DNA from: a virus
Lineage: Duplodnaviria > Caudoviricetes
DNA length: 24,387 nucleotides
IMG/VR virus record: IMGVR_UViG_3300031784_002009
Span: 1-24,387 of that record
Strand: one strand, 5' to 3'
Part shown: piece after piece, positions 5,983 to 15,708 of the stretch
Position numbering within the stretch: the first letter of the stretch is position 1
Layout of the letters: each line of letters starts with the position of its first letter
The notes under the pieces: model-generated
The model's database searches: none
Seen by the model: only the letters and a program-made list of their open reading frames with translations
What the model was told of the DNA's origin: nothing
Translations under genes and position numbers: made by a program

Positions 5983-6565
5983 TTAGAAAATCTATATTGT
6001 TATAGAATCTAAAAGTAGCGACAGTACGATGTGCTGCATGTGGGTTGAATACTCCATGCGGCACATTTATTCTTAATAGTGCAGGTTGGTTCAACTCAAA
6101 TCTATGCACTTCTTTAACCGAACTATGTTTTAATCCGCCACAGCCGTGCCACGGGTAATATACTTCGGGTTCATCGTCTGTTCTTTGGTAAAAGAATGTT
6201 GTACTACCTTCGCAGTTTTCCAATGGAATATTAACAGCAAAAGTTGGATTAAATTGTGTATCTAAATCAGTGTAGTAATCTGGATTGTCCTGCGCATCTT
6301 GATGGATAAAGATAGACAATGGATCTTCGTGATCAGTAACTGTGATATCTTTTGGTGGTGTTGTAAAATAAATTAGTTGATGCATCTGCAATCCAACACT
6401 GGCAAAATCTTTGATAAGATTAGGCATGTGTAATTTTACTTCGTCATCAAAATGGCACCACCACCACATGTCAGGACTATACTTACCAGCACTATAATAA
6501 AAATCAATAAGATCTTTTTGATGTTGCTGCCAGTTAGGTACGTGTATGTATTTAGAATATATCAT
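5972..6565 (-). CDS. 2OG-Fe(II)/cupin-fold oxygenase-like protein
   Basis: HQD, FAVNIPL, distal PHGV and downstream R (HRTVATFRF). Confidence 0.65.
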   Translation of the reverse strand: MIYSKYIHVPNWQQHQKDLIDFYYSAGKYSPDMWWWCHFDDEVKLHMPNLIKDFASVGLQMHQLIYFTTPPKDITVTDHEDPLSIFIHQDAQDNPDYYTDLDTQFNPTFAVNIPLENCEGSTTFFYQRTDDEPEVYYPWHGCGGLKHSSVKEVHRFELNQPALLRINVPHGVFNPHAAHRTVATFRFYNNIDFLIKD

Positions 6566-7119
6566 TCAAAGGCCCATTTTTTTACAAATAGAAACATAGT
6601 GATACGCCAACCATCTGTGTGATTCCAGCCCGAGTGCGGAACTTGGCCGTTAAATATAATCGCCTCGCCTACTTTGTTGCCTATAACCTGCCCGTCAATT
6701 TCTAATGCTAATAGATTAGGATCTTCACTGGGTATAAACACACCCACAACAATATTGTAAATTGAAGTTTCAGCATAAGGCGGAAGATCGTCACTGTCAA
6801 CATGATCAGGGATAGTAGAATTAGGCCCAATAAAATTAAATAACGCTCGCTCAACGCCCTGCATGTTTTGCAAATATTCTACAACTGGTGCAAACTTATC
6901 CTTGACAATTTCATTGATATGATCATTAGTTCCTACTTGGTCGTATATGTGTAAGACAAACCAATTAACATCATCGCGCTGTTCTTGATCTTTCAAATCA
7001 ATGACTTGATCTCTTAATTCAAACCAAGAATTAGCATCATTGTTAAAACATTCTCTAGCAATATCTGCTAGTGTTTTAATCTTATGATGATCTTTGTATT
7101 TTGTATTTTCAATTATCAT
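6562..7119 (-). CDS. aspartyl/asparaginyl beta-hydroxylase-like 2OG-Fe(II) oxygenase
   Basis: PNSTIPDHVD; GEAIIFNGQVPHSGWN; WRITMFL. Confidence 0.8.
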   Translation of the reverse strand: MIIENTKYKDHHKIKTLADIARECFNNDANSWFELRDQVIDLKDQEQRDDVNWFVLHIYDQVGTNDHINEIVKDKFAPVVEYLQNMQGVERALFNFIGPNSTIPDHVDSDDLPPYAETSIYNIVVGVFIPSEDPNLLALEIDGQVIGNKVGEAIIFNGQVPHSGWNHTDGWRITMFLFVKKWAFE

Positions 7120-8291
7120 GGTACTCTGAATAAATGTGTAAATCCTTTTTGCCTAAACCATTTTTTAATATCAGTTTCTGGTATAAAGAAATCATGTTTG
7201 AGACGATCTAACATTGTTTCGTTTTCGTCGGCAATCTGCATAAATCTTAAAAAATTATGATCTATATCTTTTTGTATGCTTCTTTGATTCTCTCTCGCAT
7301 GGTCTAGGAAATATACTGTGTTTGAAACTACAGCATCCATTCTAGCATCATAGTTATCAATGTAAGCATACCCAGGATTACTCAAATATTTATCTACTGT
7401 TTTTAGGCCGCGATCTTGAAGATAATTGTATCTATCTATGCTGTCAGCTAAAATAATAGGATGTCTGTTAACCACAGCTCTCCAAGTTTTTTCAGTAAGG
7501 AATTTACTGTCAGTGGCAGGATAGTAAACATGACCTTCTGATATAATACTTAAACTGGTATTCCAAAATATATTTGGATCCATCCAATTTGGGTCTTTGA
7601 TAAACTCTTGTTCGTTAATGGAACCTTCTGCCCAGTCTTTGCCTGTAAGCCTACTGTACTCTTTAGCGTCCTTATATAAGTCATCGACAGATTGATCACA
7701 AAAATTAATAAAACGATCGTACTCTGTATCGGAGTATCTTTTTAAATAATCTCTGCACCAAGTTTTGTCTTCATCCGTCCATGGCGGAAAGAAACTCCAC
7801 GCTCCTCTTGATAAAACTTTTTTATCGTACAGTTTACTTAACAGTCCTATTCTATTTGGTCTTGATGGGACCCCTGTAAGAAACAAAAATCTTCCGGCTG
7901 CAGAGTTCCATGGCAGCGTTTGATCTAATCGATCTTTGTAGCTTTCCCAAACACAGCCTACACTATAGTCCCAAAATAAAATTTGATAACCTAAATTTCT
8001 TTTGTTTAACTCTCGTTGATATTGTTCGCAGATTCCTGCAATAAGGTATAGATTTTTTACACCTTTTGATCTAGCATATTGTTCTACTCTGCCTAACAGC
8101 GAATAAAAGTCTTCGTTATTTTTATATAAGAAACCTTCGCAGAGTAGTAGACCAAATATACTATCAACAGGCGCTGCACGATCTATGTCTTTGTAAATTA
8201 ATTCTTCTAATGCAGCATAAATTTTATTTTGATCTTGCGTTTCGTCATTGGTATACCACAGTTCAAAATTAATTAGTTCTGCTTTTTTCAT
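7116..8291 (-). CDS. glycosyltransferase-like protein (GT-B type, uncharacterised phage family)
   Basis: SIISE...FLTEKTWRAV..HPIIL motif resembling GT10-like donor-binding segments; paralogous to 11943-13280. Confidence 0.5.
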   Translation of the reverse strand: MKKAELINFELWYTNDETQDQNKIYAALEELIYKDIDRAAPVDSIFGLLLCEGFLYKNNEDFYSLLGRVEQYARSKGVKNLYLIAGICEQYQRELNKRNLGYQILFWDYSVGCVWESYKDRLDQTLPWNSAAGRFLFLTGVPSRPNRIGLLSKLYDKKVLSRGAWSFFPPWTDEDKTWCRDYLKRYSDTEYDRFINFCDQSVDDLYKDAKEYSRLTGKDWAEGSINEQEFIKDPNWMDPNIFWNTSLSIISEGHVYYPATDSKFLTEKTWRAVVNRHPIILADSIDRYNYLQDRGLKTVDKYLSNPGYAYIDNYDARMDAVVSNTVYFLDHARENQRSIQKDIDHNFLRFMQIADENETMLDRLKHDFFIPETDIKKWFRQKGFTHLFRVP

Positions 8292-8791
8292 TCTATATAC
8301 CCTGTTATTTGTAAAGTATAACGATCTACATGTCCTAGGTTAGCAGCCATGTGCGGAGTTTTACCAGTCCAAAAGAACCAATCTCCTGCCCGCCATTTTA
8401 GATGACTGTCATTTGAAACTTCTGAAATGTGACCAGGTGCCCAATCTTCTAAAAATACTATTATCCTACAAACATCTGAGATTGTAAGAGACGGATTAGT
8501 TTTAAGAAAGTAAGCATACTGATCTGTATGATAAGGAAGTATCATACCAGGCAACATTTTTTGTATTGCAAACAGGGGCGATCTTATTCTAAAGAAACAC
8601 TTTTTAAAGTATTCTTCTTTGTCTAGCTCAATGCCTTTGTGTATGTGTGCTATGATTGATTCGTGTTTATATCTATCGTAATCTTGACTGTCTACAAACT
8701 GAAATCCTGTAAGAGGGGCGTAATGGGCTTCGTAGGCTAAACTTCTATGCCAATTGTTAAATTGACTTAACTCTACATTGCCCTGTATCAT
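8288..8791 (-). CDS. 2OG-Fe(II) oxygenase-like protein
   Basis: PGMILPYHTD, FLEDWAPGH, PHMAANLG, RYTLQITG. Confidence 0.75.
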   Translation of the reverse strand: MIQGNVELSQFNNWHRSLAYEAHYAPLTGFQFVDSQDYDRYKHESIIAHIHKGIELDKEEYFKKCFFRIRSPLFAIQKMLPGMILPYHTDQYAYFLKTNPSLTISDVCRIIVFLEDWAPGHISEVSNDSHLKWRAGDWFFWTGKTPHMAANLGHVDRYTLQITGYIE

Positions 8792-9921
8792 TCACACCAA
8801 CCTTCTTCCCAAACTTGCGGGCCTTTCTTTGGTACAGCAAAATTAAGATACATCTCAACTTTTTCTAAATCATCTTTTGATTTAAGACTTACTAGCTCAT
8901 TAGCAAAATGTAATTCAACACCGTTATCTAATGCTATTTGTAATAGTTCACTGCGCCTTACTGGATCATCTGTGAGACTGTACATACTACAGAGAACAAT
9001 ACCATCAGGTCTTTCTTTAATGTAGTGTTCTAATGCTGGTTGCCAATCCATGTGTTCATTTTCAAATTCGTAACTGGTATAGGCAATCTTATTCTTTTGA
9101 CAGTAGGGTTCTATAATAGCACGTTGCATAGGCAAAGGAATGTCTTTGCTAAACTTACTATTCCATCCTGCGTAGGTAATAAAGCTTTTGCCTGTGTAGT
9201 CCATAGTCTGTGCAACTTCATGGTCGCCAGGCAGACGCATGAATCCGCCAGGGAGTCTACGACCCCACTCTTCACCTTCTAACAAAATACGCATGTCAAG
9301 ACTTACTCTAGTATAGCCTTCTTCGTTGTTTACATTACCGTGTAGATGTTCTTGAAAGAACAAATGACTTTGTCCTGGCTTTAATGTTACTGGCCAAGCG
9401 TGTTTTAAACATTCATCTTCGAACTTCTCTAGACTCCATTTCTCTGCTAGTACACGTTTAGTAATTTCTCTGCTTATGTCGAGATCCATTATCCACATAG
9501 TATTAGTACCGCGAGCTTCTGTAAACGGAGTCCATATAGTTCTACAGCCTCGGCCATTGCCTACAAAGATACCTTGATGGAATTGCAATCTACGACCAAC
9601 TTTAGCCTGCTGGGGAATAACTACTCGCAAAGTGCCTTGACGTTGAATTAAAAATCTTCTATTATCAACTCTAGATGGAACATATTCCTGTACAAACTTA
9701 TCAAACAGTTCCATAAAATCTTTTCTACTGCAAGCATTCTGTACATGTTGACTCATTTTTACTATTTCTGAAGGTGTTAATACTTCGTGAATAGTTTCTA
9801 ATTCTTTTACTTTAGGAGCAACTTCCTGGACAACACTCAGCGCCCAAGCAGGCCAATTATATTTTTCAAGATCGTACTCTAAAGTATTGTTGTTCCAATG
9901 CTCGTGTATCTTGCTTAACAT
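8788..9921 (-). CDS. StrG/PhyH-like Fe(II)/2OG enzyme with HxG motif, fused to a C-terminal alpha/beta domain
   Basis: H115-Q-G117, IWTPFT..GTNTMW, H194-GNVNN, R205-VSLDMR; second domain from about aa 245 (IPLPMQR..YC..GIVLCSMYSL..LHFANE). Confidence 0.7.
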   Translation of the reverse strand: MLSKIHEHWNNNTLEYDLEKYNWPAWALSVVQEVAPKVKELETIHEVLTPSEIVKMSQHVQNACSRKDFMELFDKFVQEYVPSRVDNRRFLIQRQGTLRVVIPQQAKVGRRLQFHQGIFVGNGRGCRTIWTPFTEARGTNTMWIMDLDISREITKRVLAEKWSLEKFEDECLKHAWPVTLKPGQSHLFFQEHLHGNVNNEEGYTRVSLDMRILLEGEEWGRRLPGGFMRLPGDHEVAQTMDYTGKSFITYAGWNSKFSKDIPLPMQRAIIEPYCQKNKIAYTSYEFENEHMDWQPALEHYIKERPDGIVLCSMYSLTDDPVRRSELLQIALDNGVELHFANELVSLKSKDDLEKVEMYLNFAVPKKGPQVWEEGWCE

Positions 9922-9935
9922 ATCCTTTCCTCTTA

Positions 9936-10991
9936 TTAAAAATAACTTTCTAATGTTCCTTTACGTTTAACATCTAATGTCTGGCAATGGAATCCACCAC
10001 TCATTGTTCTAGCCTGGCGGCAAGGTAATCCAATAGTATCAATTCCGTACTTCTTTAGTTCTTTCATCATAGGACCTTGATTCTCATCTATGATTACTAA
10101 ATTTTGATTTACACTTAACATGTTCATGCCAATCCACGGACTGCAAGGAGGAATACCTCCAGGCAAGTTAGCCGGAGGAGTGACCATCATCTCAGGAGTA
10201 ACCCAAATCTTATCCCAGTCTTTAAAAATTTGTGGGTAATGGTCAGGGCGAAGTCTGGCAGCGTTAAAGGCTACTAATCCTGGACGCAAAGGTATAACAG
10301 TTGAATCAAAGTGTGCAAAGAAATAGAACCCTTCTGCTAGATGTAATTTGTAACCTCTAGGCTCTAATATACTCTTAAGCCACTTGTATCCCCAAAGTGT
10401 TCCGCTGTTAGAAACTTGATACAATAGATCTCTACCTAGTCGTACAATATTAGGAGCTTCAAATACTATTTCCTTATCTAATGTAGTAGGAGATTTTAAA
10501 TCTGCTGTTTGATATAGATCATCAAGCAGAATTGGTTTAGGACCGTTGATCCATTCTACGCCTTCTTCTACTTGCTGATAGAGATAATCGTAATAGGCTC
10601 GGGTTTCGTACTGTCTAGCTCGCATTGGGCTAGGAGTTTCAACAATGATATTGTCTAATGGCAATAGCAAGTCTCTAGGGCAGAATGTATACCAGCCTGT
10701 AGTAGTCCAGTCAGGACTTGAAAACTCTTTACGATGATCAACGCTGATAGGTCTATGAACTTTTACACCTAGACTTTTAAGTGTGTCTGCTAGGATTTGC
10801 AAGTCTTCATTACACTCATCAATAATACGTTGTTCGTGTGGGCCTTGAAGATGTTTTAGTTCTTCAAGACTGTATTCAGCATAGCTAAATGCCTGCACAC
10901 TTTTATTCATAGTAGGCAATACAGAGTTGTCTGCTGTACCTACAATAATCTCTTCTAATTGATCCCAATCATTATGTGAACTAACTGCCAT
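9936..10991 (-). CDS. amidinotransferase (glycine/inosamine-phosphate amidinotransferase family)
   Basis: SHNDWDQLEEIIVG, CPRD, FEAPN, HFDST, GGFHCQTLD. Confidence 0.92.
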   Translation of the reverse strand: MAVSSHNDWDQLEEIIVGTADNSVLPTMNKSVQAFSYAEYSLEELKHLQGPHEQRIIDECNEDLQILADTLKSLGVKVHRPISVDHRKEFSSPDWTTTGWYTFCPRDLLLPLDNIIVETPSPMRARQYETRAYYDYLYQQVEEGVEWINGPKPILLDDLYQTADLKSPTTLDKEIVFEAPNIVRLGRDLLYQVSNSGTLWGYKWLKSILEPRGYKLHLAEGFYFFAHFDSTVIPLRPGLVAFNAARLRPDHYPQIFKDWDKIWVTPEMMVTPPANLPGGIPPCSPWIGMNMLSVNQNLVIIDENQGPMMKELKKYGIDTIGLPCRQARTMSGGFHCQTLDVKRKGTLESYF

Positions 10992-11901
10992 TTTTTATCC
11001 TTTGTAATTCTTCTTTAAATTCATCTGTTGTTAAATGTAAGTAACGATGTAGACCTAGTCTGTTCTTATCGCCACCTCTACTATAAGCTTTCCACTCTTC
11101 TCCACCAAGACCAAACAAAATAGTTTGACTAGGCTCAACTTCTAAAATATTACAAAACTCAATCTGTTGATTCCTGTATTTGTTTACAATGTAATCAGAG
11201 TCGTATAATTTTAAAAATTCTAATCCTAATCTTGCACCAATCCTATTAGTATAGTTACTTTTGTTATAGACAAACAATACATCGTCATCGTCTACTCTTG
11301 TAAAACGCATACCAACTCTTGCATGAGCTAGCGGAAAAATCTTACTTAACCCAAAAGTAATGTCAGTTATACATTTATAGGAAAAATCAAAATCAATTCC
11401 GTGACTTACAGAGTAGTACGCACAGTCTACTAATACAGGAACATTAAGTTCTTCACAGACTTTAAGTAAGGTATCGTGACTAACATGTTTGTTTCCAGTA
11501 TCACTAAACGGTAGACTTATCACTACTGCGTCATTGGCTTCTATATCTAGATCTTCAATGAACTTCCAATTAGGCCAGCTGTTGCGCCAGGCCAATTGAT
11601 GATACATATATTCTGATCTAAAACATCTAAATCTTCTAGTGTTATTTTTAATATAGAATTTGTCAAATGCTTCACTGGTGCCCTGCGAAAATACCACATG
11701 CGGGAATTCGTCTAGTGCTTTAATAGTGTGCAATTTGGATTCGGTGATCCATTTTTTATAGTAGTTACAGAAATCGTATACTACTTTTTCGTCAGCAAGT
11801 ACGTCAGTTAACGATAGATTGATACTGTCCAATGTTTCCATTGTACAGGAATCTCGTAAGTAGGACGAATTGCCGAAAGGAAGTTGATATCTTGTGCTCA
11901 T
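10981..11901 (-). CDS. PLP-dependent enzyme, fold type I (aminotransferase/decarboxylase-like)
   Basis: GTSEAF, ISLPF, VLVDCAY, GLSKIFPL (Schiff-base Lys), RVGMR. Confidence 0.75.
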   Translation of the reverse strand: MSTRYQLPFGNSSYLRDSCTMETLDSINLSLTDVLADEKVVYDFCNYYKKWITESKLHTIKALDEFPHVVFSQGTSEAFDKFYIKNNTRRFRCFRSEYMYHQLAWRNSWPNWKFIEDLDIEANDAVVISLPFSDTGNKHVSHDTLLKVCEELNVPVLVDCAYYSVSHGIDFDFSYKCITDITFGLSKIFPLAHARVGMRFTRVDDDDVLFVYNKSNYTNRIGARLGLEFLKLYDSDYIVNKYRNQQIEFCNILEVEPSQTILFGLGGEEWKAYSRGGDKNRLGLHRYLHLTTDEFKEELQRIKNGS

Positions 11902-11914
11902 AGTTTACCCCGAG

Positions 11915-11920
11915 TATTTA
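11915..11920 (-). promoter_or_regulatory. TAAATA late-promoter-like box
   Basis: TATTTA on + in a 41-nt gap, 13 nt upstream of the minus-strand ATG at 11901. Confidence 0.5.
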
Positions 11921-11942
11921 GCGGGTACTTTCTATGGCAACC

Positions 11943-13280
11943 TCAATTTACGATTTGCATAGTACCAAGATTAGCCACTTGGTAAAAATTGTGTTCAATT
12001 ATTGGCTTCATTTGATTATATAAGTTCTGCATCTGTTCGAGTGATAGTTTATCTAAATCTTCTATAAGTTTAAGAACAGCCAAAAGACGTTGTTCATGAT
12101 CCTCAATTTGATCGTAGCTTTCGTCCCAAAAATCGCTAAATGTTTTAAAACCTAATTTTTGTAAGTATTCTAAACTGTGCGGGCCTGCTACTAGAATAAA
12201 AGGTCTACCAGATTTGATTGCGTTAACTGTTTTCTCTCCTACTACAGCTGATGGTCTAAAAAATTCTGATTCAGAAATTACTGAACAAAATGCTTCTGCA
12301 TATTTTTCTATAGGAATATCTAGACCCATTGGACAAAAATGCAAATTATCAAACTCGTAGTTAGGTATACTGTTTCTTCCTCTGTAAACTTCTGTAATAT
12401 CAAATGTAAGATCTACAACTAACGGGGAATTATTTTCAATATATTTGTTGCCTTCTTTTAATGCTTGCCAAATATCAGGATTGGTATTTTGCCATTGGGT
12501 AATATCAAAGTATGTTTCGCATTTTTCTATAGGTAAAGAATATGCCCATGAACATGAAGCATTTCTAAAACAAAGAAATGTTTGTACAATCTGTCTATAA
12601 TTTGTATAACGCCATGCTAAAGAAATAAATTTTTTCTTTATTACTGTTGAACTAAAATAATTTGTCCAAGTTTCATTATACCCAAAACTATCTGTTGTCT
12701 CCCCAACTAGGGTCGGTAAGAAAAAGTTTTTTGTATAAATTTTAAATTTAGGATAATGGCGTTGAGCATATTTGCTATTGTTGTAATCAGTAACATAACA
12801 GGTTACATTGGTAAGATTATTATTATCTATAAGTGCATTAATACTGTCAAATTCAAAACATCTTAAATTATCTAAATTTTTAGGTGTACTAGGAAATTCG
12901 TAATCTATATTGTTATCTTCTATATCAAGATTAATATAAAGTTTCTTTGCTTCAGGACCTTGGTAGAATAACGAAACTTCGTAGATATAGATATCTAGTC
13001 CTTGTTGATTCAACATATTTCTAGTTTCGTCATCAAATATTAATTTTTCAAATTGAATTATATTTCCATCTACGTGAACTAGCAAAATATTTCGTTTTTC
13101 TTGATATAATGAAGTTTTAGCAAACTGTGATTCAAAATAGTCAAAGAATGTATATTCGTAAGTAAGCTCTGTTCGTTCAAAGACAGAAAGGTCTTCTAAA
13201 ATTATTTTTGAAACACCGTTAAATCTTTGATATACAATACCAAAAAATTTATTGTTATGTGTAGTTAAACTGCTAGACAT
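11943..13280 (-). CDS. glycosyltransferase-like protein (445 aa)
   Basis: SVISES...EKTVNAIKSGRPFILVAG..LQKLGFKTFSDFWDESYD...HN; same family as 7116-8291. Confidence 0.5.
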   Translation of the reverse strand: MSSSLTTHNNKFFGIVYQRFNGVSKIILEDLSVFERTELTYEYTFFDYFESQFAKTSLYQEKRNILLVHVDGNIIQFEKLIFDDETRNMLNQQGLDIYIYEVSLFYQGPEAKKLYINLDIEDNNIDYEFPSTPKNLDNLRCFEFDSINALIDNNNLTNVTCYVTDYNNSKYAQRHYPKFKIYTKNFFLPTLVGETTDSFGYNETWTNYFSSTVIKKKFISLAWRYTNYRQIVQTFLCFRNASCSWAYSLPIEKCETYFDITQWQNTNPDIWQALKEGNKYIENNSPLVVDLTFDITEVYRGRNSIPNYEFDNLHFCPMGLDIPIEKYAEAFCSVISESEFFRPSAVVGEKTVNAIKSGRPFILVAGPHSLEYLQKLGFKTFSDFWDESYDQIEDHEQRLLAVLKLIEDLDKLSLEQMQNLYNQMKPIIEHNFYQVANLGTMQIVN

Positions 13281-13872
13281 CTAGATATGTTACTTGAAAG
13301 CAAACTAAATTTGAAAGACCAAAGTTTCCAGCACCGTGCCACATATCGCCCTGCCATGTGTAGACGTCTCCCTTTTTCCAATGGCCAAATACATGATCGC
13401 CTAGCTGTATAGTTTGACCAAAATTCCAATCATTGATCATAATAGCCGCACGTTTAACTTTACCGTAATCAGCCATATCTATATTTTGAAACTTAACAAA
13501 TGCGGAAAAACTATCGTAGTGCCACATAAGGCAGCAGCCAGGTGTTAACTTTAAGAAAGTACAATGGTGTTTTGTATGTGCAAACTTATCTGCAAAACGT
13601 TTGATATCTCCTTGTAAATTCGGAGTTATGTCCATGTAGTGTCTAGTGCATTCTTTGGTTACACCGTGTTCAATATACAGATCTTCTAACGCTATCTTTT
13701 TTTCTGTAGAAAAAACTTCCCAAGCATCGTCTTTAGGAACTTCATCAATCATGAAAGTTTCTTTCCAATTAGCTCCTAATTCGTTTTCAGTTACTGTAAT
13801 ATCAAAATGATATTTTTCATATTTTCCGTCACGCCAGTTAATAAAACTTTGTAATTGTTTTATATCACTCAT
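13273..13872 (-). CDS. 2OG-Fe(II) oxygenase-like protein
   Basis: PGCCLMWHYD, DWNFGQ, WKKGD, WHGAGNFG; paralogue of 8288-8791. Confidence 0.72.
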   Translation of the reverse strand: MSDIKQLQSFINWRDGKYEKYHFDITVTENELGANWKETFMIDEVPKDDAWEVFSTEKKIALEDLYIEHGVTKECTRHYMDITPNLQGDIKRFADKFAHTKHHCTFLKLTPGCCLMWHYDSFSAFVKFQNIDMADYGKVKRAAIMINDWNFGQTIQLGDHVFGHWKKGDVYTWQGDMWHGAGNFGLSNLVCFQVTYLDV

Positions 13873-14812
13873 GTTCTGTTTCCTTAAGGTGATTTATTAT
13901 ATACTGTTTATTATCAATATCAACAAAATTTAAATGTTCTATCATCGCATTTTTATCATCAATTGATAAATTTTTTATATCTAATCTTGGGGGATAGGTT
14001 AAAATGTTTGTAGTCCATGGATAAGAGTGTTCTTTGATCCAAGAACTTACATTAGACAAATCAAACCAATTATTAGTATGTATTGTAGTGTGTATTGAAA
14101 ATTTAAAGGAATTGACAGTAAGTTGATTTAAAAAATCTTCTATACTTTTCCAATTACTACCGGATCTCACGCGGTCATTGACTTCTTTATATCCATCAAC
14201 ACTTACAATAAATTCTACTAATTTAAATTGTTTTAACAAGTTTATTGTATCTGCACTTAAAAGAAAAGTTCCATTAGTATTATAAGTTACTGAAACATTT
14301 TGTTTATTAACTATTTTTTGAAGGAACCTAATGTGCCTATTTGTCATTAGCGGCTCTCCTCCTAAAAATAAAACTTTGTTAACTGTTGGTGGAATTGTTT
14401 CTATCTCAGTGGTTGCTGTAATGTAAATTTTTTTTGGCTGTCCTGGATTATTCTTTTCAGCCCAAGAACTGCTAAACTCGTCAAAGCATCCGTCGCAGGT
14501 TAAATTACATATGTTGTCAAAACCTACTTCAAAGTATTCCAGTGCAACAGTATCACTTGTATACTCTGAATTAAAACGTTGACGTAGACTTTGCTTACCT
14601 AGGCTTTCTTCATAGTAGCATTTTTCGCAGCCTTTAATAGGAATCCCTTTAAAACTCATTTCTCTTAAATTTTGATACTCTGGTAAATTTAATACGTTGT
14701 TTAAATCTCCGTTAAATTTACCCACTGGTTCTTTGAAACGGCAACAGGGAAATATTCTATTATCTCCTCTTAAGTTTGTATGTTTCCAAAAAGCAGCGCA
14801 GTATGAGTTCAT
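13865..14812 (-). CDS. radical SAM protein with N-terminal SPASM/twitch-like Cys cluster
   Basis: CNLTCDGC, GGEP, TNGT, SVDG; N-terminal YC..PCC..CEKC. Confidence 0.9.
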   Translation of the reverse strand: MNSYCAAFWKHTNLRGDNRIFPCCRFKEPVGKFNGDLNNVLNLPEYQNLREMSFKGIPIKGCEKCYYEESLGKQSLRQRFNSEYTSDTVALEYFEVGFDNICNLTCDGCFDEFSSSWAEKNNPGQPKKIYITATTEIETIPPTVNKVLFLGGEPLMTNRHIRFLQKIVNKQNVSVTYNTNGTFLLSADTINLLKQFKLVEFIVSVDGYKEVNDRVRSGSNWKSIEDFLNQLTVNSFKFSIHTTIHTNNWFDLSNVSSWIKEHSYPWTTNILTYPPRLDIKNLSIDDKNAMIEHLNFVDIDNKQYIINHLKETEHE

Positions 14813-15708
14813 AGCAGATCAGATTTAGTTTTTTCGGCAGGTGCTATATGAACAAGCATTTCTTGATGATTAGCAGGACACAGTTTACATTGTTCAATAC
14901 TGTTAGGTAAATTTTTTAAAAATTCATCAATTACATTTTGATCAGCCCAGGGATCTAATCCTACTGTACGATCTAGTATTTCTTTAGACGCTGGATCTAT
15001 TGCAAACTGTTCTTTTAACTGTTGACCAACACCTGCTACTAAACATTTATAAAGTATACCTTCAACTAGATAGTGACATTCTTTCCATGCACATGTTTCA
15101 TGTGCTTGTTCTTGATCGCTATCGTGGAAATATATTATTTTATTTTCAATCCTGTTTATAGCACTTTCTGCAAAGATCCATGAGAAATTCATAATAACTA
15201 TATTTTGTCCTTGATAAGAAAAAAACAACTGATCCTGTGGCCAATTATTATTAATCATTTGACATTCGTTTTTGATATTGATTTCTTCAAAGTATTCTTT
15301 AAGGATGACATTCTCTACAACATCAATTATTTCGTTTTTCTCTCTAGAATCATGGACACTTATTTCTAATATTATTCCTGCCTTTAATAACTTTTTAATT
15401 GTGGAAGCTTTGGCTAACAGAGTATCTTTGCTTACTCCTGTAACAAGTCTAAAATCCTTGTGATCTTTCCAAATTTCTTTTAAGCCTAATGCCCAGTCTT
15501 CTACCTGGGGGTGCAATAAAGGTTCCCCGCCCATGATGCTAAATTCTTCAACATCTAATAACTCATGCCACTTGGTTGCGGCGTCTTTGTTATTTTCCCA
15601 CTTAAGATGATTTTTAAACTTGTAGTTGTTAAACGTAGAACATTCTTTACAAGTTTTAGGACATACGTTTGTAATATAATATGATAAAAATTTTATTGGG
15701 TGGCGCAT
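14809..15708 (-). CDS. radical SAM protein
   Basis: CPKTCKEC, MGGEPLLHP, C-terminal Cys cluster (C..C..YKC..CKLCP). Confidence 0.88.
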   Translation of the reverse strand: MRHPIKFLSYYITNVCPKTCKECSTFNNYKFKNHLKWENNKDAATKWHELLDVEEFSIMGGEPLLHPQVEDWALGLKEIWKDHKDFRLVTGVSKDTLLAKASTIKKLLKAGIILEISVHDSREKNEIIDVVENVILKEYFEEINIKNECQMINNNWPQDQLFFSYQGQNIVIMNFSWIFAESAINRIENKIIYFHDSDQEQAHETCAWKECHYLVEGILYKCLVAGVGQQLKEQFAIDPASKEILDRTVGLDPWADQNVIDEFLKNLPNSIEQCKLCPANHQEMLVHIAPAEKTKSDLL

